Shown one piece after another: positions 53,244 to 62,961 of a stretch of 64,000 bases of DNA. The notes under the pieces are model-generated. The model saw only the letters and a program-made list of their open reading frames with translations. It was not told the origin of the DNA and did not search any database. The stretch spans positions 1,280,001-1,344,000 of the forward strand of contig CBDIIB010000005.1 in assembly GCA_965279525.1 (NCBI GenBank). The letters run 5' to 3'. The translations under genes were made by a program, and so were the position numbers. The DNA is from Tagaea sp. (GTDB lineage: Bacteria; Pseudomonadota; Alphaproteobacteria; CACIAM-22H2). Within the stretch, counting starts at the first letter, position 1. The number at the start of each line of letters is the position of its first letter.

Positions 53244-54257
53244 ATGGCAAAGCGAATTGCGGTGGTGGGTGCGACCGGCACGATCGGGCGCGAGATCCTT
53301 CAGGAACTCGCCGCGCGCGGCGTGGACGCGGGCGAAGTGGCGGCCCTGGCTTCCGAACGCTCGGTCGGCGTGACGCTTTCCTTCGGCGAGAATGCCGACG
53401 TGAAGACCGACGAACTGGCGACATACGATTTCTCGGGCACCCAGGTCGCGATCTTCTGCACCGCACCCGCCGTCTCGGCCGCCAACGTGCCGCGTGCGGC
53501 CAAGGCGGGCGCCTGGGTCATCGACACGTCGTCGCATTTCCGCATGGATGTCGACGTGCCGCTGATCGTCGCCGGCGTGAACGACGACGCGGCCACGCTG
53601 GCACGCGCCAAGCGGCGCATCGTGTCGGTGCCCGGTGCGTGCGTGACGATGCTCACCCAGGTGCTGGCACCGCTACACCGGGCGGCGACGGCACGGCGCA
53701 TGATCGTCTCGACCTACCAGTGCGTCTCGGAAGCCGGGCGTGCCGCGATGGACGAGTTGTTCAGCCAGACGCGCAACGTCTATGTCAACCAGCCGCTCGA
53801 GCGGGCCAACTTCGCCAAGCAGATCGCGTTCAACGTGATCCCCCAGTGCGGCAGCTTCGAGGCCGACGGGCGGACGACCGAGGAGCGGGCGCTGGCGATG
53901 GAGCCACGCAAGATCCTTGCCGGCGACATCGGCACGATCGCCACGTGCGTACGCGTCCCGTCTTTCGTGGGCCACGGCATCGCGGCGGTCGTCGAGTTCG
54001 TCGAACCGATGGGAATAGCGCAGGCCCGCTCGATGCTGATGCGTACCGACGGGATCGCCGTTACCGACCATCGCGCCGAGGAAGCCTTCGTGACGCCGCT
54101 GGAAACGCAGGGCGAGCAGAAGGTCTATGTCAGCCGCCTTCGCGACGATCCGTCGGTGCCAAACGGCCTCGCCATGTGGATTGCCGCCGACAATCTTCGC
54201 ACTGCCTCGTCGGCGCCGATCGTGGTCCTTGCCCTGGCGCTTGCCGAGCAGGAATGA
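53244..54257 (+). CDS. aspartate-semialdehyde dehydrogenase-like protein with degenerate active site
   Basis: VVGATG, STYQ, IAFNVIP, TCVRVP, DNLR present; NPNC replaced by VPGA. Confidence 0.8.
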   Translation: MAKRIAVVGATGTIGREILQELAARGVDAGEVAALASERSVGVTLSFGENADVKTDELATYDFSGTQVAIFCTAPAVSAANVPRAAKAGAWVIDTSSHFRMDVDVPLIVAGVNDDAATLARAKRRIVSVPGACVTMLTQVLAPLHRAATARRMIVSTYQCVSEAGRAAMDELFSQTRNVYVNQPLERANFAKQIAFNVIPQCGSFEADGRTTEERALAMEPRKILAGDIGTIATCVRVPSFVGHGIAAVVEFVEPMGIAQARSMLMRTDGIAVTDHRAEEAFVTPLETQGEQKVYVSRLRDDPSVPNGLAMWIAADNLRTASSAPIVVLALALAEQE

Positions 54258-54973
54258 AGGCGCTCGTCGCCCTACTTCTCCTGTTGGCGTCGCCTGCCGG
54301 CGCGCAATCGCCGGCGCTTGCCGAGCTCGACCGGCTCTATGCCACCGGACAATATCGTGAAGTCACCCAGCGCATGTTCGCCGCACGCGACAACGCCGAA
54401 GCGCGCGCGATCCTCGGCTGGGCGCAGGCGCGCGTGCAGTCGGCCGCCCCGCACGTCATCGCGGTCGCCTATGCCGATCTTCTCTGGCAGATCGGCGAAG
54501 GGCAGGGGAGCGACGCATTGCGCGAGGAGTCCGGCCTTGTCCTGATCTATTCGGTCCTGGCCATCGGCGTGGACGGCGCCAAGTGTGCCGACGCGACTGC
54601 CCCTGATGCGCGCGTGCGCCAGATCCTGTCGACGCGACAGGCCTGGCTGGAGTTCGCGCGCGGCCGGCCGGCCGACCGGCGCGCCTACATGCGCAACTCC
54701 GCCGTGGCGCTGGAGCAGTCGACCGCCGCCCGCCGGCCCGAGGATCGCGACATCTGTGCGGCCGGCGACGACGAGATCGCCCGCCAGCTCGCCACACCCG
54801 GCACGGTCGCGCGCGAACAGCCGCTGAAGCCCGGCGAGGCCCGCCGCACGATCGACATCGAGCCGGGGCCGACCTATCGGCCGCGTTTCCTGGGTCCGGA
54901 AAGCTGGCATCCGCGCCAGGCGCAGGTGCGCGCGCGCTTCTGGCGGCTTCTCGACCAGCTGGTTCCGGCCTAA
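54254..54973 (+). CDS. hypothetical secreted protein
   Basis: Signal peptide MKALVALLLLLASPAGA; ATGA overlap with the asd-like gene. Confidence 0.75.
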   Translation: MKALVALLLLLASPAGAQSPALAELDRLYATGQYREVTQRMFAARDNAEARAILGWAQARVQSAAPHVIAVAYADLLWQIGEGQGSDALREESGLVLIYSVLAIGVDGAKCADATAPDARVRQILSTRQAWLEFARGRPADRRAYMRNSAVALEQSTAARRPEDRDICAAGDDEIARQLATPGTVAREQPLKPGEARRTIDIEPGPTYRPRFLGPESWHPRQAQVRARFWRLLDQLVPA

Positions 54974-55605
54974 AGGATCTTGAAGACCCGCAGCACGGCT
55001 TCGCCGGCGACGGCCGCCGCGAAGACGAGGATGACGATCGCCGCGATCCGGTTGGCCCAGGTGAGCCCGGTCGTCGTGAAGCGGTCGCGGAACAGGCACA
55101 CGGCCTCGACGACGATGAGCCACCACGCCGAAGCGCCGGCCATCACGCCGGCCAGCAGCAGCCAGTCATCCATGCTGATCTGCCCGTCCGCCCGCACGCC
55201 GAAAGCGGCGAAGATCGCAAGGAAAGACAGGACCGTGATCGGGTTGGTCAGCGTCAAGAACAGCGTCGACGTGAAATCGGCGAACAGGCTGGTCGGATCC
55301 TGGCCCGCGGCGATCGTCGGCGCCGGCCGGCGGAGCAGCCGCACGCCCATCACGAGAAGGACGCCGGCGCCGACGAGCGACAGGATCTGGCGCTCCTGCT
55401 CGAGGAACGACTGCAGCATCGAGATGCCGAACGCGGCGATGGCGCCGAAGATCGTGTCGGCGACGGCTGCCCCGAGGCCGGAGGCGAATCCCGCCAGCCG
55501 TCCGTGAACAAGCGTGCGCCGGATCACCAGCACGTTGATCGGCCCGACGGGTGCCGCGATCAGCATGCCGACAATCGCACCCTTGAGGAAGATCCACTCG
55601 AACAT
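54970..55605 (-). CDS. LysE-family transporter
   Basis: IAAPVGPIN, GLGAAVAD, LTLTNPIT. Confidence 0.9.
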   Translation of the reverse strand: MFEWIFLKGAIVGMLIAAPVGPINVLVIRRTLVHGRLAGFASGLGAAVADTIFGAIAAFGISMLQSFLEQERQILSLVGAGVLLVMGVRLLRRPAPTIAAGQDPTSLFADFTSTLFLTLTNPITVLSFLAIFAAFGVRADGQISMDDWLLLAGVMAGASAWWLIVVEAVCLFRDRFTTTGLTWANRIAAIVILVFAAAVAGEAVLRVFKIL

Positions 55606-55618
55606 GCAGACGGGTCCC

Positions 55619-56461
55619 TCAGCGCGCCAGGCGTTCGGCCGGGAAAACGGTCGGCGGGGCCGCCAGCGCCTGCTGGCACGCGACGAGGGCAAGATCGATG
55701 GCACCCTTCACGGCCGTCGCGGCGACGACGGCATGCACCGACGATGTCGCCATCGATAGGGCGCCGGCCACGTCGCGCGTGGCGAGATAGCGGGCCAGGA
55801 ACAGGGCGGCGAAGCTGTCACCGGCCCCGAAGGCAGGATGGTCGATCGGCGGGACGCGCACGATGAAGTCGCCGTCGCGATCGCAGGCCAGCGTCCCGAG
55901 CCGGCCGGAATCGGGAACCGACGTGACGATCACGATCCTGTCTGGCGTGCCGCCGGCGCGCAAGGTGTCGGCGGCGGCGCGCACCTCGGCGAGCGTGCCG
56001 GTCGGCCGGCCGGTCAGCAGCCCCAGCTCGAAGACGTTCGGGAACAGGATGTCGGCGAGCGGTGCCAGGGCGCGGATCGCGTCAACCACGTCCGGGCGCA
56101 CGAACACGCGGCCGCGATCGCCCATCACCGGATCGAGCGCATAGAGGCACCCTGTCCGGGCGCTTCGGGCACGCGCCACCGCGTCGGCGACGACCGCCCC
56201 CTGTTCGCCGGCTCCCAGATATCCCGACAGCACGCAGTCGGTTCCCGCGAGCAAGCCGCGCGCGTCGAGCCCCTCGACCAGCCGGGCAAGCTCGCCCGGC
56301 TCGGCCGGTCCGCCGACGAAGCCGCCATGGCCCGGATGGTTGGAGAAGCGCACGGTGTCGAGCCGCACGACGTCGATGCCGAGGCGCTGGAGGCAGAAGA
56401 CTGCCGCCGAATTGCCCACGGCACCGGCGGCGACGGAAGACTGGATCGACAGGACGCGCAT
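55619..56461 (-). CDS. pdxY: pyridoxal kinase
   Basis: LSIQSSV..G.VGNSAA, FSNHPG, DPVMGD, PNVFEL, GAGD; alternative start 56473. Confidence 0.9.
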   Translation of the reverse strand: MRVLSIQSSVAAGAVGNSAAVFCLQRLGIDVVRLDTVRFSNHPGHGGFVGGPAEPGELARLVEGLDARGLLAGTDCVLSGYLGAGEQGAVVADAVARARSARTGCLYALDPVMGDRGRVFVRPDVVDAIRALAPLADILFPNVFELGLLTGRPTGTLAEVRAAADTLRAGGTPDRIVIVTSVPDSGRLGTLACDRDGDFIVRVPPIDHPAFGAGDSFAALFLARYLATRDVAGALSMATSSVHAVVAATAVKGAIDLALVACQQALAAPPTVFPAERLAR

Positions 56462-56588
56462 GCCGCCCCTCATATCGGGAATCGCCTTTTGGCGATAGGG
56501 CTTCGGGGGCGTTCGCGGCGCCGAATCCCTTGGCAAACCGCCCGGCAGGCTGACAGGATGGGCGGTCCAGGGGAGGCAGTCGAAACGA

Positions 56589-57476
56589 ATGGCCGAATTC
56601 CGTACCGTCGCGCGCCGCTCGGCGCTCTACATTCCGGGCTCGAACACGCGCGCGCTCGAAAAGGCGCGCACGCTCGACGCCGACGTGCTGATTTTCGACC
56701 TCGAGGACGCCGTCCATCCCGACCGCAAGGACGCCGCCCGCGACCAGACGATGGCGGCCCTGCGCCAGGGCGGCTATCGCGCCGAGACGGTCGTACGCAT
56801 CAACCCGCTGTCCGACAAGCTGGGCGCCGCCGATATCAAGGCCGCCGCGCGTTCGGGCTGCCAGGCGGTCCTGCTGCCCAAGGTCGAGAGCGCCAAGGAA
56901 GTGCGCGACGCGGCACTTCGCCTCGCGGCGGCCGGCGCGCCCGAGAACGTCATGCTGTGGGCGATGATCGAGACGCCGCTTGGCGTGCTGCGCGCCCAGG
57001 AAATCGCGCTGTCGAGCCCGCATCTGGGCTGCCTCGTGATGGGGACATCCGATCTCGTCAAGGATCTGCGCGCGCGCCATTCGGAAGCACGCCTGGCGAT
57101 CATGCCGTCGCTCGGCCTGTGCCTGCTGGCCGCGCGCGCGGCCGGCCTGCCGATCCTCGACGGCGTGCATCTCGACCTCAACGACGAGGCCGGCTTTCTG
57201 GCGGCCTGCCGGCAGGGTGCCGACATGGGGTTCGACGGCAAGACGCTGATCCATCCCAAGACGATTGCCGCCTGCAACGCCGCGTTCGGACCGTCGGCCG
57301 ACGACGTCGACTGGTCGCGCAAGGTGATCGCGGCGTTCGAAGTCGCGTCGGCGAAGAAGGAAGGCGTGATCGTCGTCGACGGCAAGCTCGTCGAGCAGCT
57401 CCATGTCGACAGCGCCAAGCGCACCGTCGCGATGGCCGAGGCCATCCTCAAGAAGGGTGCCGCGAAGGTCGCCTGA
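56589..57476 (+). CDS. CitE/HpcH-family CoA-ester lyase (malyl-CoA thioesterase-like)
   Basis: RRSALYIPGSN, DLEDAV, MIETP, GFDGKTLIHP. Confidence 0.9.
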   Translation: MAEFRTVARRSALYIPGSNTRALEKARTLDADVLIFDLEDAVHPDRKDAARDQTMAALRQGGYRAETVVRINPLSDKLGAADIKAAARSGCQAVLLPKVESAKEVRDAALRLAAAGAPENVMLWAMIETPLGVLRAQEIALSSPHLGCLVMGTSDLVKDLRARHSEARLAIMPSLGLCLLAARAAGLPILDGVHLDLNDEAGFLAACRQGADMGFDGKTLIHPKTIAACNAAFGPSADDVDWSRKVIAAFEVASAKKEGVIVVDGKLVEQLHVDSAKRTVAMAEAILKKGAAKVA

Positions 57477-57479
57477 CGC

Positions 57480-59003
57480 CTATTTGTCGGCGACGATCTT
57501 GACGCGGCGTCCCGGCGTCAGCGCCTCGCCCGGCTTCAGCCCGTTGTAGATCCGGAACCGGTCCAGATCGAGCCCGTCCTGCGTGGCCATGCGGCGTGCC
57601 ATCGATTCCTGCGTGTCGCCCGCGCGCACCTGGACGATGCGGATGCGCATCGGCTCGGCGCTGCGGGCCTCCGCTTCGGTCAGCGCGCGGAACGAATAGG
57701 TCGCGCGGCGGAATGCCTCGGTGTATTTCCCGGCGACTTGCGTGGGCGCGGCCAGCACCATCCGGTAGAACGTGCCGTCGGGATGGCGGATCACGACCAG
57801 ACGCAGATCGGCCGTGCCGCTCTGCCCGCGAAAGCGAGGCAACGCGCCAGTGGCGGCCTGCATGCCGTTGATCGTGATGCGCTCGACGTTCTGCAATGGC
57901 GCTCCCTTGGCCCAGACGCCGGTCAGATACGCCGACGGATCGGTCCCGGCCCTGGCCGGTGCGGAATCGAGCTTGATCGAAGCGCCCTCGGGCCCGATCG
58001 CGCGCACGGCATCCTCGCCGTTCGCGATGCGGAAGCCGGCCGGCGCCTCGAAGCGGATGCGCAGCTTGGGATGGACGAACGTGTTGGCGCGCGTGAACCC
58101 GGAATCCGCATCGCCGCCGTAAGCCATGCCGTCAATCGCGGCGAGATACTCGTTTTCGCCAAGGCGCGGGTTGGCGGCCACCTTCATGCCTTGGTCGCGC
58201 GCCGTGTCGGTCGCCGCGACGACACGGTCGGCGGTGCGCGGGTGGGACTGCAGGATGCTGAACTGGTCGGCCGCTTCCGCCGGCCGGCCGAGCGCCTTGG
58301 CCTCCAGCGTGGAAGCTTCGCCGAGCTTGGCGAGCATGTCGGCGGCTTCGCGCGGGTCGTAGCCCTCGGCCGCCATGTAGCGCACGCCGAGCTTGTCGGC
58401 CTCGAACTCCTGCTCGCGCGAGAAGCCGGCAAGCCAGACGGCCGACCCGCCTTCGCCGGCCTGCGTGGCGAGGTTGCCCGCATCCGCCGACCCGGTCAGC
58501 ACGGCCACGCCCATGCCCAGGATGCCGGTGAAGATGCTTGCCGCCTGCCCGCGGCTGACGCGCTCGGCCGTGTGGCGCGCGGTGACGTGGCCGATCTCGT
58601 GGCCGACCACCGAGGCGAACTCCGCCTCGTTCGACATCAGCGCCAACAGGCCCCGCGTGACGTAGACATAGCCGCCCGGCAGGGCGAAGGCGTTGTAGAT
58701 GTCGCTGTTGATGACCGTGAAGACGAAGGGCTGCCCGGCGTTCTCGCTGCGCGCCACGAGGGCTTCGCCGAGCTTCTGGACATAGGCCTTGAGCCGGGGA
58801 CTGTCGTAGGCGCCGCCGAACTCGGCCAGCACCTGCGGATGCTGCTCGCGGCCGATCTTGGCCTCTTCCTCGGGCGGGACGAAGGCGGTGAACTGGCTGC
58901 GGCCGGTTGCCGCGTTCTGGGCGCAGGCGGCAAGGCCGATCGCCGCGAACACGCCGACAAAAGCGGCAAAAAGACCAGCACGCAGACGGGGTTTTTCGAT
59001 CAT
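57480..59003 (-). CDS. M48-family zinc metalloprotease lipoprotein with C-terminal LysM-like region
   Basis: LAAC lipobox, NAFALPGG, HEIGH, SREQEFEAD, SHP; terminal VRAGDT...NGL. Confidence 0.9.
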   Translation of the reverse strand: MIEKPRLRAGLFAAFVGVFAAIGLAACAQNAATGRSQFTAFVPPEEEAKIGREQHPQVLAEFGGAYDSPRLKAYVQKLGEALVARSENAGQPFVFTVINSDIYNAFALPGGYVYVTRGLLALMSNEAEFASVVGHEIGHVTARHTAERVSRGQAASIFTGILGMGVAVLTGSADAGNLATQAGEGGSAVWLAGFSREQEFEADKLGVRYMAAEGYDPREAADMLAKLGEASTLEAKALGRPAEAADQFSILQSHPRTADRVVAATDTARDQGMKVAANPRLGENEYLAAIDGMAYGGDADSGFTRANTFVHPKLRIRFEAPAGFRIANGEDAVRAIGPEGASIKLDSAPARAGTDPSAYLTGVWAKGAPLQNVERITINGMQAATGALPRFRGQSGTADLRLVVIRHPDGTFYRMVLAAPTQVAGKYTEAFRRATYSFRALTEAEARSAEPMRIRIVQVRAGDTQESMARRMATQDGLDLDRFRIYNGLKPGEALTPGRRVKIVADK

Positions 59004-59106
59004 GTCCGGACTCTTGCCCCCGCCGGGCGGGCCGGTCAAGATTCGGAATCTACCCGGTCCCAGCATGCCATTGACGGAACGCCCGGCGTTACGCGATTGT
59101 CCCGTC

Positions 59107-60072
59107 ATGCCCGCCCCCGATGCTGCCCCCCGCACCGACCTTTACCCGCCGATCGAGCCCTACGGCTCGGGCATGTTGACCCTGGACTCCGTCCACCGGA
59201 TGTACTGGGAGCAGAGCGGCAATCCGCGTGGTGCGCCGGTGGTGTTCCTGCACGGCGGTCCGGGTGCCGGCGCCACACCCGCACACCGGCGTTTCTTCGA
59301 TCCGCAGCACTATCGCATCGTGATTTTCGACCAGCGCGGCTCCGGCCGGTCGACGCCGCATGGCGAGACGCGCGACAACACCACGCCCCATCTTGTCGAC
59401 GACATGGAGCGGTTGCGCACCCATCTCGGGATCGACGCGTGGCACGTGTTCGGCGGGTCGTGGGGCTCCACGCTCGCCCTTGCCTATGCGCAGGCGTATC
59501 CGGCCCATGTGCGTTCGCTGGCGCTGCGCGGCATCTTCCTTGGCCGCAAGGTCGAGATCGACTGGTTCCTCTACGGAATCGCGCACGTCTTTCCGGAAGC
59601 CTGGCATGCGTTCTCCAGGTTCCTGCCGGAATCCGAGCGCGGTGACCTGCTTGCCAGCTACTGGCGCCGTCTCGTCGACCCGGACCCGGCCGTCCATCTG
59701 CCGGCCGCACGCGCCTGGAGTGCGTATGAAGGTTCGTGCTCGACCCTGATGCCGAGCCCGGAGACCGTTTCGGCCTTCTCGGAAGACCGCATGGCGCTGG
59801 GCCTCGCGCGCATCGAGGCGCACTATTTCAGGAACGCGATCTTCCTTGGCGAGAACCAGCTGCTCGACGGCGTCGAGCGCGTGCGCCACGTGCCGACGAC
59901 GATCGTGCAGGGGCGCTACGACATGGTGTGCCCGATCCTGACGGCCGACCGGCTGGCCGCGACGTGGCAGGAAGCCCGCTATGTCATCGTCCCCGATGCC
60001 GGCCATTCGGCGATGGAGCCGGGCATCCGCTCGCACCTCGTCGCGGCGATGGAACGCGCCAAGCGCCTCTAG
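59107..60072 (+). CDS. pip: proline iminopeptidase
   Basis: LHGGPG, FDQRGSGRS, FGGSWGSTL, QGRYD, AGHS. Confidence 0.95.
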   Translation: MPAPDAAPRTDLYPPIEPYGSGMLTLDSVHRMYWEQSGNPRGAPVVFLHGGPGAGATPAHRRFFDPQHYRIVIFDQRGSGRSTPHGETRDNTTPHLVDDMERLRTHLGIDAWHVFGGSWGSTLALAYAQAYPAHVRSLALRGIFLGRKVEIDWFLYGIAHVFPEAWHAFSRFLPESERGDLLASYWRRLVDPDPAVHLPAARAWSAYEGSCSTLMPSPETVSAFSEDRMALGLARIEAHYFRNAIFLGENQLLDGVERVRHVPTTIVQGRYDMVCPILTADRLAATWQEARYVIVPDAGHSAMEPGIRSHLVAAMERAKRL

Positions 60073-60105
60073 CGCGCCTTTCCGGCGCCAGTCAGGAATC
60101 CCGAG

Positions 60106-61371
60106 ATGGTCTCCGAGCAACACACGGCTGCCGCTGTCCCGCCGGACAGTCCCGATATCCGGCGGCGCGATACCGCCGTCATCGGTTCGATCGGGCTGGC
60201 GCATTCGACCAGCCACATTTTCCAGTATTGCCTGCCGCCGATGTTTCCGCTGCTGCAGGCCGAGTTCGGCATGGGCTTCGCGGCTCTCGGCAGCGTCGTG
60301 GCGGCATTCTTCCTCGCGTCGGGGATCGGCCAGACCTTCGTGGGCGTGGCGGTCGACCGTTGGGGCGGCCGGCGCGTGCTCGCGGCGGGGATGACGGCGC
60401 TGTCGCTGGCGACCGGCGCACTCGCCTTCGTGCCGGCCTTCTGGATGTTCCTGCCGCTTGCGATCGTCGCCGGGCTCGGGAACTCGGTGTTCCATCCGGC
60501 CGATTTCGCGATCCTGGCCACGCGCGTGCACCCCAGCCGCACGGGCCGCGCCTTCTCGATCCACGCCTTCGGCGGAACGCTCGGCTACGTCGTCTCGCCG
60601 CTGCTGCTGTCGCTGCTCGGCTTCACGATCGGCTGGCGGGCGGCTTTGATCGTCGCCGGGCTTTACGGGCTGATGCAGGCGGCGTTCGTGTTCCTCGCCC
60701 GGGATCTGCTGGGCGAAGGTGCCGCATCGGCCGCCGCCGCCAAGGAAGGTATCGGCGAGATCGTCTCGAGCTTCGCGAAGATGTTCGTCATGCCGTCGAT
60801 GCTGGCGGCGTTCGTCTATCTGACGATGACGGCGATGGCCGGTGCGGGCGTGCAGTCTTTCGCGGCCGCCAGCCTTTCCCTGATCCATGCGGTCGATTTC
60901 CGCGTCGCGACGCAGGTGGTGACGGCCTATCTGGTCGGCAACGCGATCGGCATCCTGGCGGGCGGCTTCGTCGCCGACGCGACCGACCGCCACGAACGGG
61001 TCGCCGCGGTAGGCCTGCTGGGCGGCGCCTTCCTGCTCGCGGCGTCGGTCGCCGCGTCGCCGCCCTTCGCGGTGGCGATGGCCCTGTTCGCGCTTGCCGG
61101 GATTTCGGTGGGCATCACGTCGGCCGCGCGCGACATCCTGATCAAGAAGCTGGCACCGCGCGGTGCGACGGGGCGCACGTTCGGCCTCGTCTATTCGGGT
61201 CTCGACATCGGCTCGATGCTCGCCCCGCTCGCCCTCGGCTGGTTCCTCGACCACGGCATGCCGGAAGGGACGATCTACGGCATCGCGCTGGTGCTCGCCT
61301 CGACCGTGCTGGCGCTGCGCTTCGTCAACGGCTACGCGCGCGCGAACACCGCCCGGCCGGTGCAGGCCTGA
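60106..61371 (+). CDS. MFS transporter (Fsr-like)
   Basis: About 12 TM segments; VDRWGGRR motif A, GLGNSVFHP. Confidence 0.9.
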   Translation: MVSEQHTAAAVPPDSPDIRRRDTAVIGSIGLAHSTSHIFQYCLPPMFPLLQAEFGMGFAALGSVVAAFFLASGIGQTFVGVAVDRWGGRRVLAAGMTALSLATGALAFVPAFWMFLPLAIVAGLGNSVFHPADFAILATRVHPSRTGRAFSIHAFGGTLGYVVSPLLLSLLGFTIGWRAALIVAGLYGLMQAAFVFLARDLLGEGAASAAAAKEGIGEIVSSFAKMFVMPSMLAAFVYLTMTAMAGAGVQSFAAASLSLIHAVDFRVATQVVTAYLVGNAIGILAGGFVADATDRHERVAAVGLLGGAFLLAASVAASPPFAVAMALFALAGISVGITSAARDILIKKLAPRGATGRTFGLVYSGLDIGSMLAPLALGWFLDHGMPEGTIYGIALVLASTVLALRFVNGYARANTARPVQA

Positions 61372-61417
61372 GCGCGCTGGCAAGCCCGCCATCGCCCGGC
61401 TATTCTCCCTGAAACGC

Positions 61418-61494
61418 GTCCCCGTAGCTCAGCAGGATAGAGCGGCAGTTTCCTAAACTGTAGGTCGGAGGTTCGATTCCTCTCGGGGACGCCA
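61418..61494 (+). tRNA. tRNA-Arg (anticodon CCT)
   Basis: Acceptor GTCCCCG/CGGGGAC, anticodon arm GCAGT-TTCCTAA-ACTGT, GTTCGA T-loop, encoded CCA; TGGCAA-17 nt-TATTCT upstream. Confidence 0.97.
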
Positions 61495-61528
61495 ACAACT
61501 TCCAAAAAATCACCTGAAGGAAACCCCG

Positions 61529-62392
61529 ATGACGCCTCCCGAACGCATGCGTGCCCATCTTGCCGAACCCGGTCTCGTCGTCATGCCGGCGGTCTGGGAC
61601 GGGCTCAGCGCCAAGCTCTCCGCGAAAGCCGGCTTCAAGACCGCGTTCCTTTCCGGTTCGTGCGTGGCGGCTAGCCGGCTCGGCGGACCCGATCTCGATC
61701 TCGTGTCGTTCGGCGAGATGTTCGACTCGTTCACCATGGTCCACAACGCGGCGCCGGAAACGCTCGTGCTGGCCGACGGGGATCACGGGTACGGCAACCC
61801 GATGAACGTCCAGCGCACGGTGCGTGCCTATGGCCGTGCCGGTGCCGCCGCGATCCTGATCGAGGACAAGATCACGCCGCGCGCGATGACGGCTGCCGGC
61901 AAGCCCTGCCTGCCGCGCGACGAGGCGCGCATCAAGATCCGCGCGGCGATCGAGGCGGCGAAGGAATCGGGCATCCTCGTCCTCGCGCGGACCGACTGCC
62001 GGCCGACCCAGGGCATCGACGAGGCGGTCGCGCGCATCGAGATGTTCGTCGCCGAAGGTGCCGACATCCTGTTCCTCGATTCCCCGGCCGACGACGCCGA
62101 GATCCGCCGCGCCACGGCGGCGGCGAAGGGCCGGCCGTCCTTCACGGTGCTGTCGCCGGGTGCGGGGCGGGCCTACCCGTCGCAGGCCGATGCGCTTGCC
62201 GCCGGCTACAAGATCGGGACCTATCCCACCGGCATGCTGTCGCCGGCCGTCGCCGGCATGAAAGCCGGACTTGCCGCACTGGTCGCAGGCAAGGCTGAGG
62301 CGGCAAGTGCCCTGCCGGGGGCCGAGCTGCGCGAAACGCTCGGCTATGACGATTACGACCGCGAAGCGAAGCGCATCGCGCCTGGCGGCTGA
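61529..62392 (+). CDS. isocitrate lyase/PEP mutase family protein
   Basis: WDGLSA, GPDLDL, ADGDHGYG, IEDK, ARTD; AAGGA SD. Confidence 0.88.
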   Translation: MTPPERMRAHLAEPGLVVMPAVWDGLSAKLSAKAGFKTAFLSGSCVAASRLGGPDLDLVSFGEMFDSFTMVHNAAPETLVLADGDHGYGNPMNVQRTVRAYGRAGAAAILIEDKITPRAMTAAGKPCLPRDEARIKIRAAIEAAKESGILVLARTDCRPTQGIDEAVARIEMFVAEGADILFLDSPADDAEIRRATAAAKGRPSFTVLSPGAGRAYPSQADALAAGYKIGTYPTGMLSPAVAGMKAGLAALVAGKAEAASALPGAELRETLGYDDYDREAKRIAPGG

Positions 62393-62402
62393 TCCCGGCG
62401 GT

Positions 62403-62849
62403 CTATTCGCGGCGCAGGAAGTCGACGACCGCAAACAGGATGTCGACTTCCTGCCCGTCGGACGACAGCGGCATGATCAGGTCCTGCACGCGCAGGAAAT
62501 CCTTGTGCGGTCCGACATAGGGCACGTTCGTCAGGATCGGCGTGCGCTCGCGCATCACCGTCTCGAAATTCGACCAGATGATGCTCGGTGCGCGCTGGTG
62601 CGGCACGTCACTCATGCGCAGGCCGGTATAGTAGCGCGTCATGTGCGCGTCGACGGCCGTGCCCATCAGGCGATAGTGGAAGTCGAGCGGTTCGCGCAGG
62701 ACGTCGAGCAGCACGATGTGCGACAGGAACGGGACCATCTCGACGGGATCGATGTCGGCGCGCGCCGGCATCTTCCGTCCGGCCCGCTTCAGGTCCCAAT
62801 ACCGGTAGGCCGATTGCAGCTTTGGCGTCGCCCGATCGAGATCCAGCAT
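62403..62849 (-). CDS. single PAS-domain protein
   Basis: YW..KR...MPARADIDP, YRLMGT, MPLS pattern; GGAGG SD. Confidence 0.82.
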   Translation of the reverse strand: MLDLDRATPKLQSAYRYWDLKRAGRKMPARADIDPVEMVPFLSHIVLLDVLREPLDFHYRLMGTAVDAHMTRYYTGLRMSDVPHQRAPSIIWSNFETVMRERTPILTNVPYVGPHKDFLRVQDLIMPLSSDGQEVDILFAVVDFLRRE

Positions 62850-62961
62850 GCCCCTCCGGGGGCCCGGCGCGGTTGCCGAAGCTTCGGTTTTCCGAACTGG
62901 AGCATACTGCAATCGATAAATTGCGGCTACTGTCCCGCACGACATACAACTATATGACGTG

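Noticed and set aside
1951-61392. Many long antisense or alternate-frame ORFs (e.g. 1951-3495, 23414-25960, 26409-28646, 59089-61392)
   Set aside because: Shadows of real genes caused by high GC3 and few stop codons; Arg/Ala/Pro-rich with no recognisable motifs
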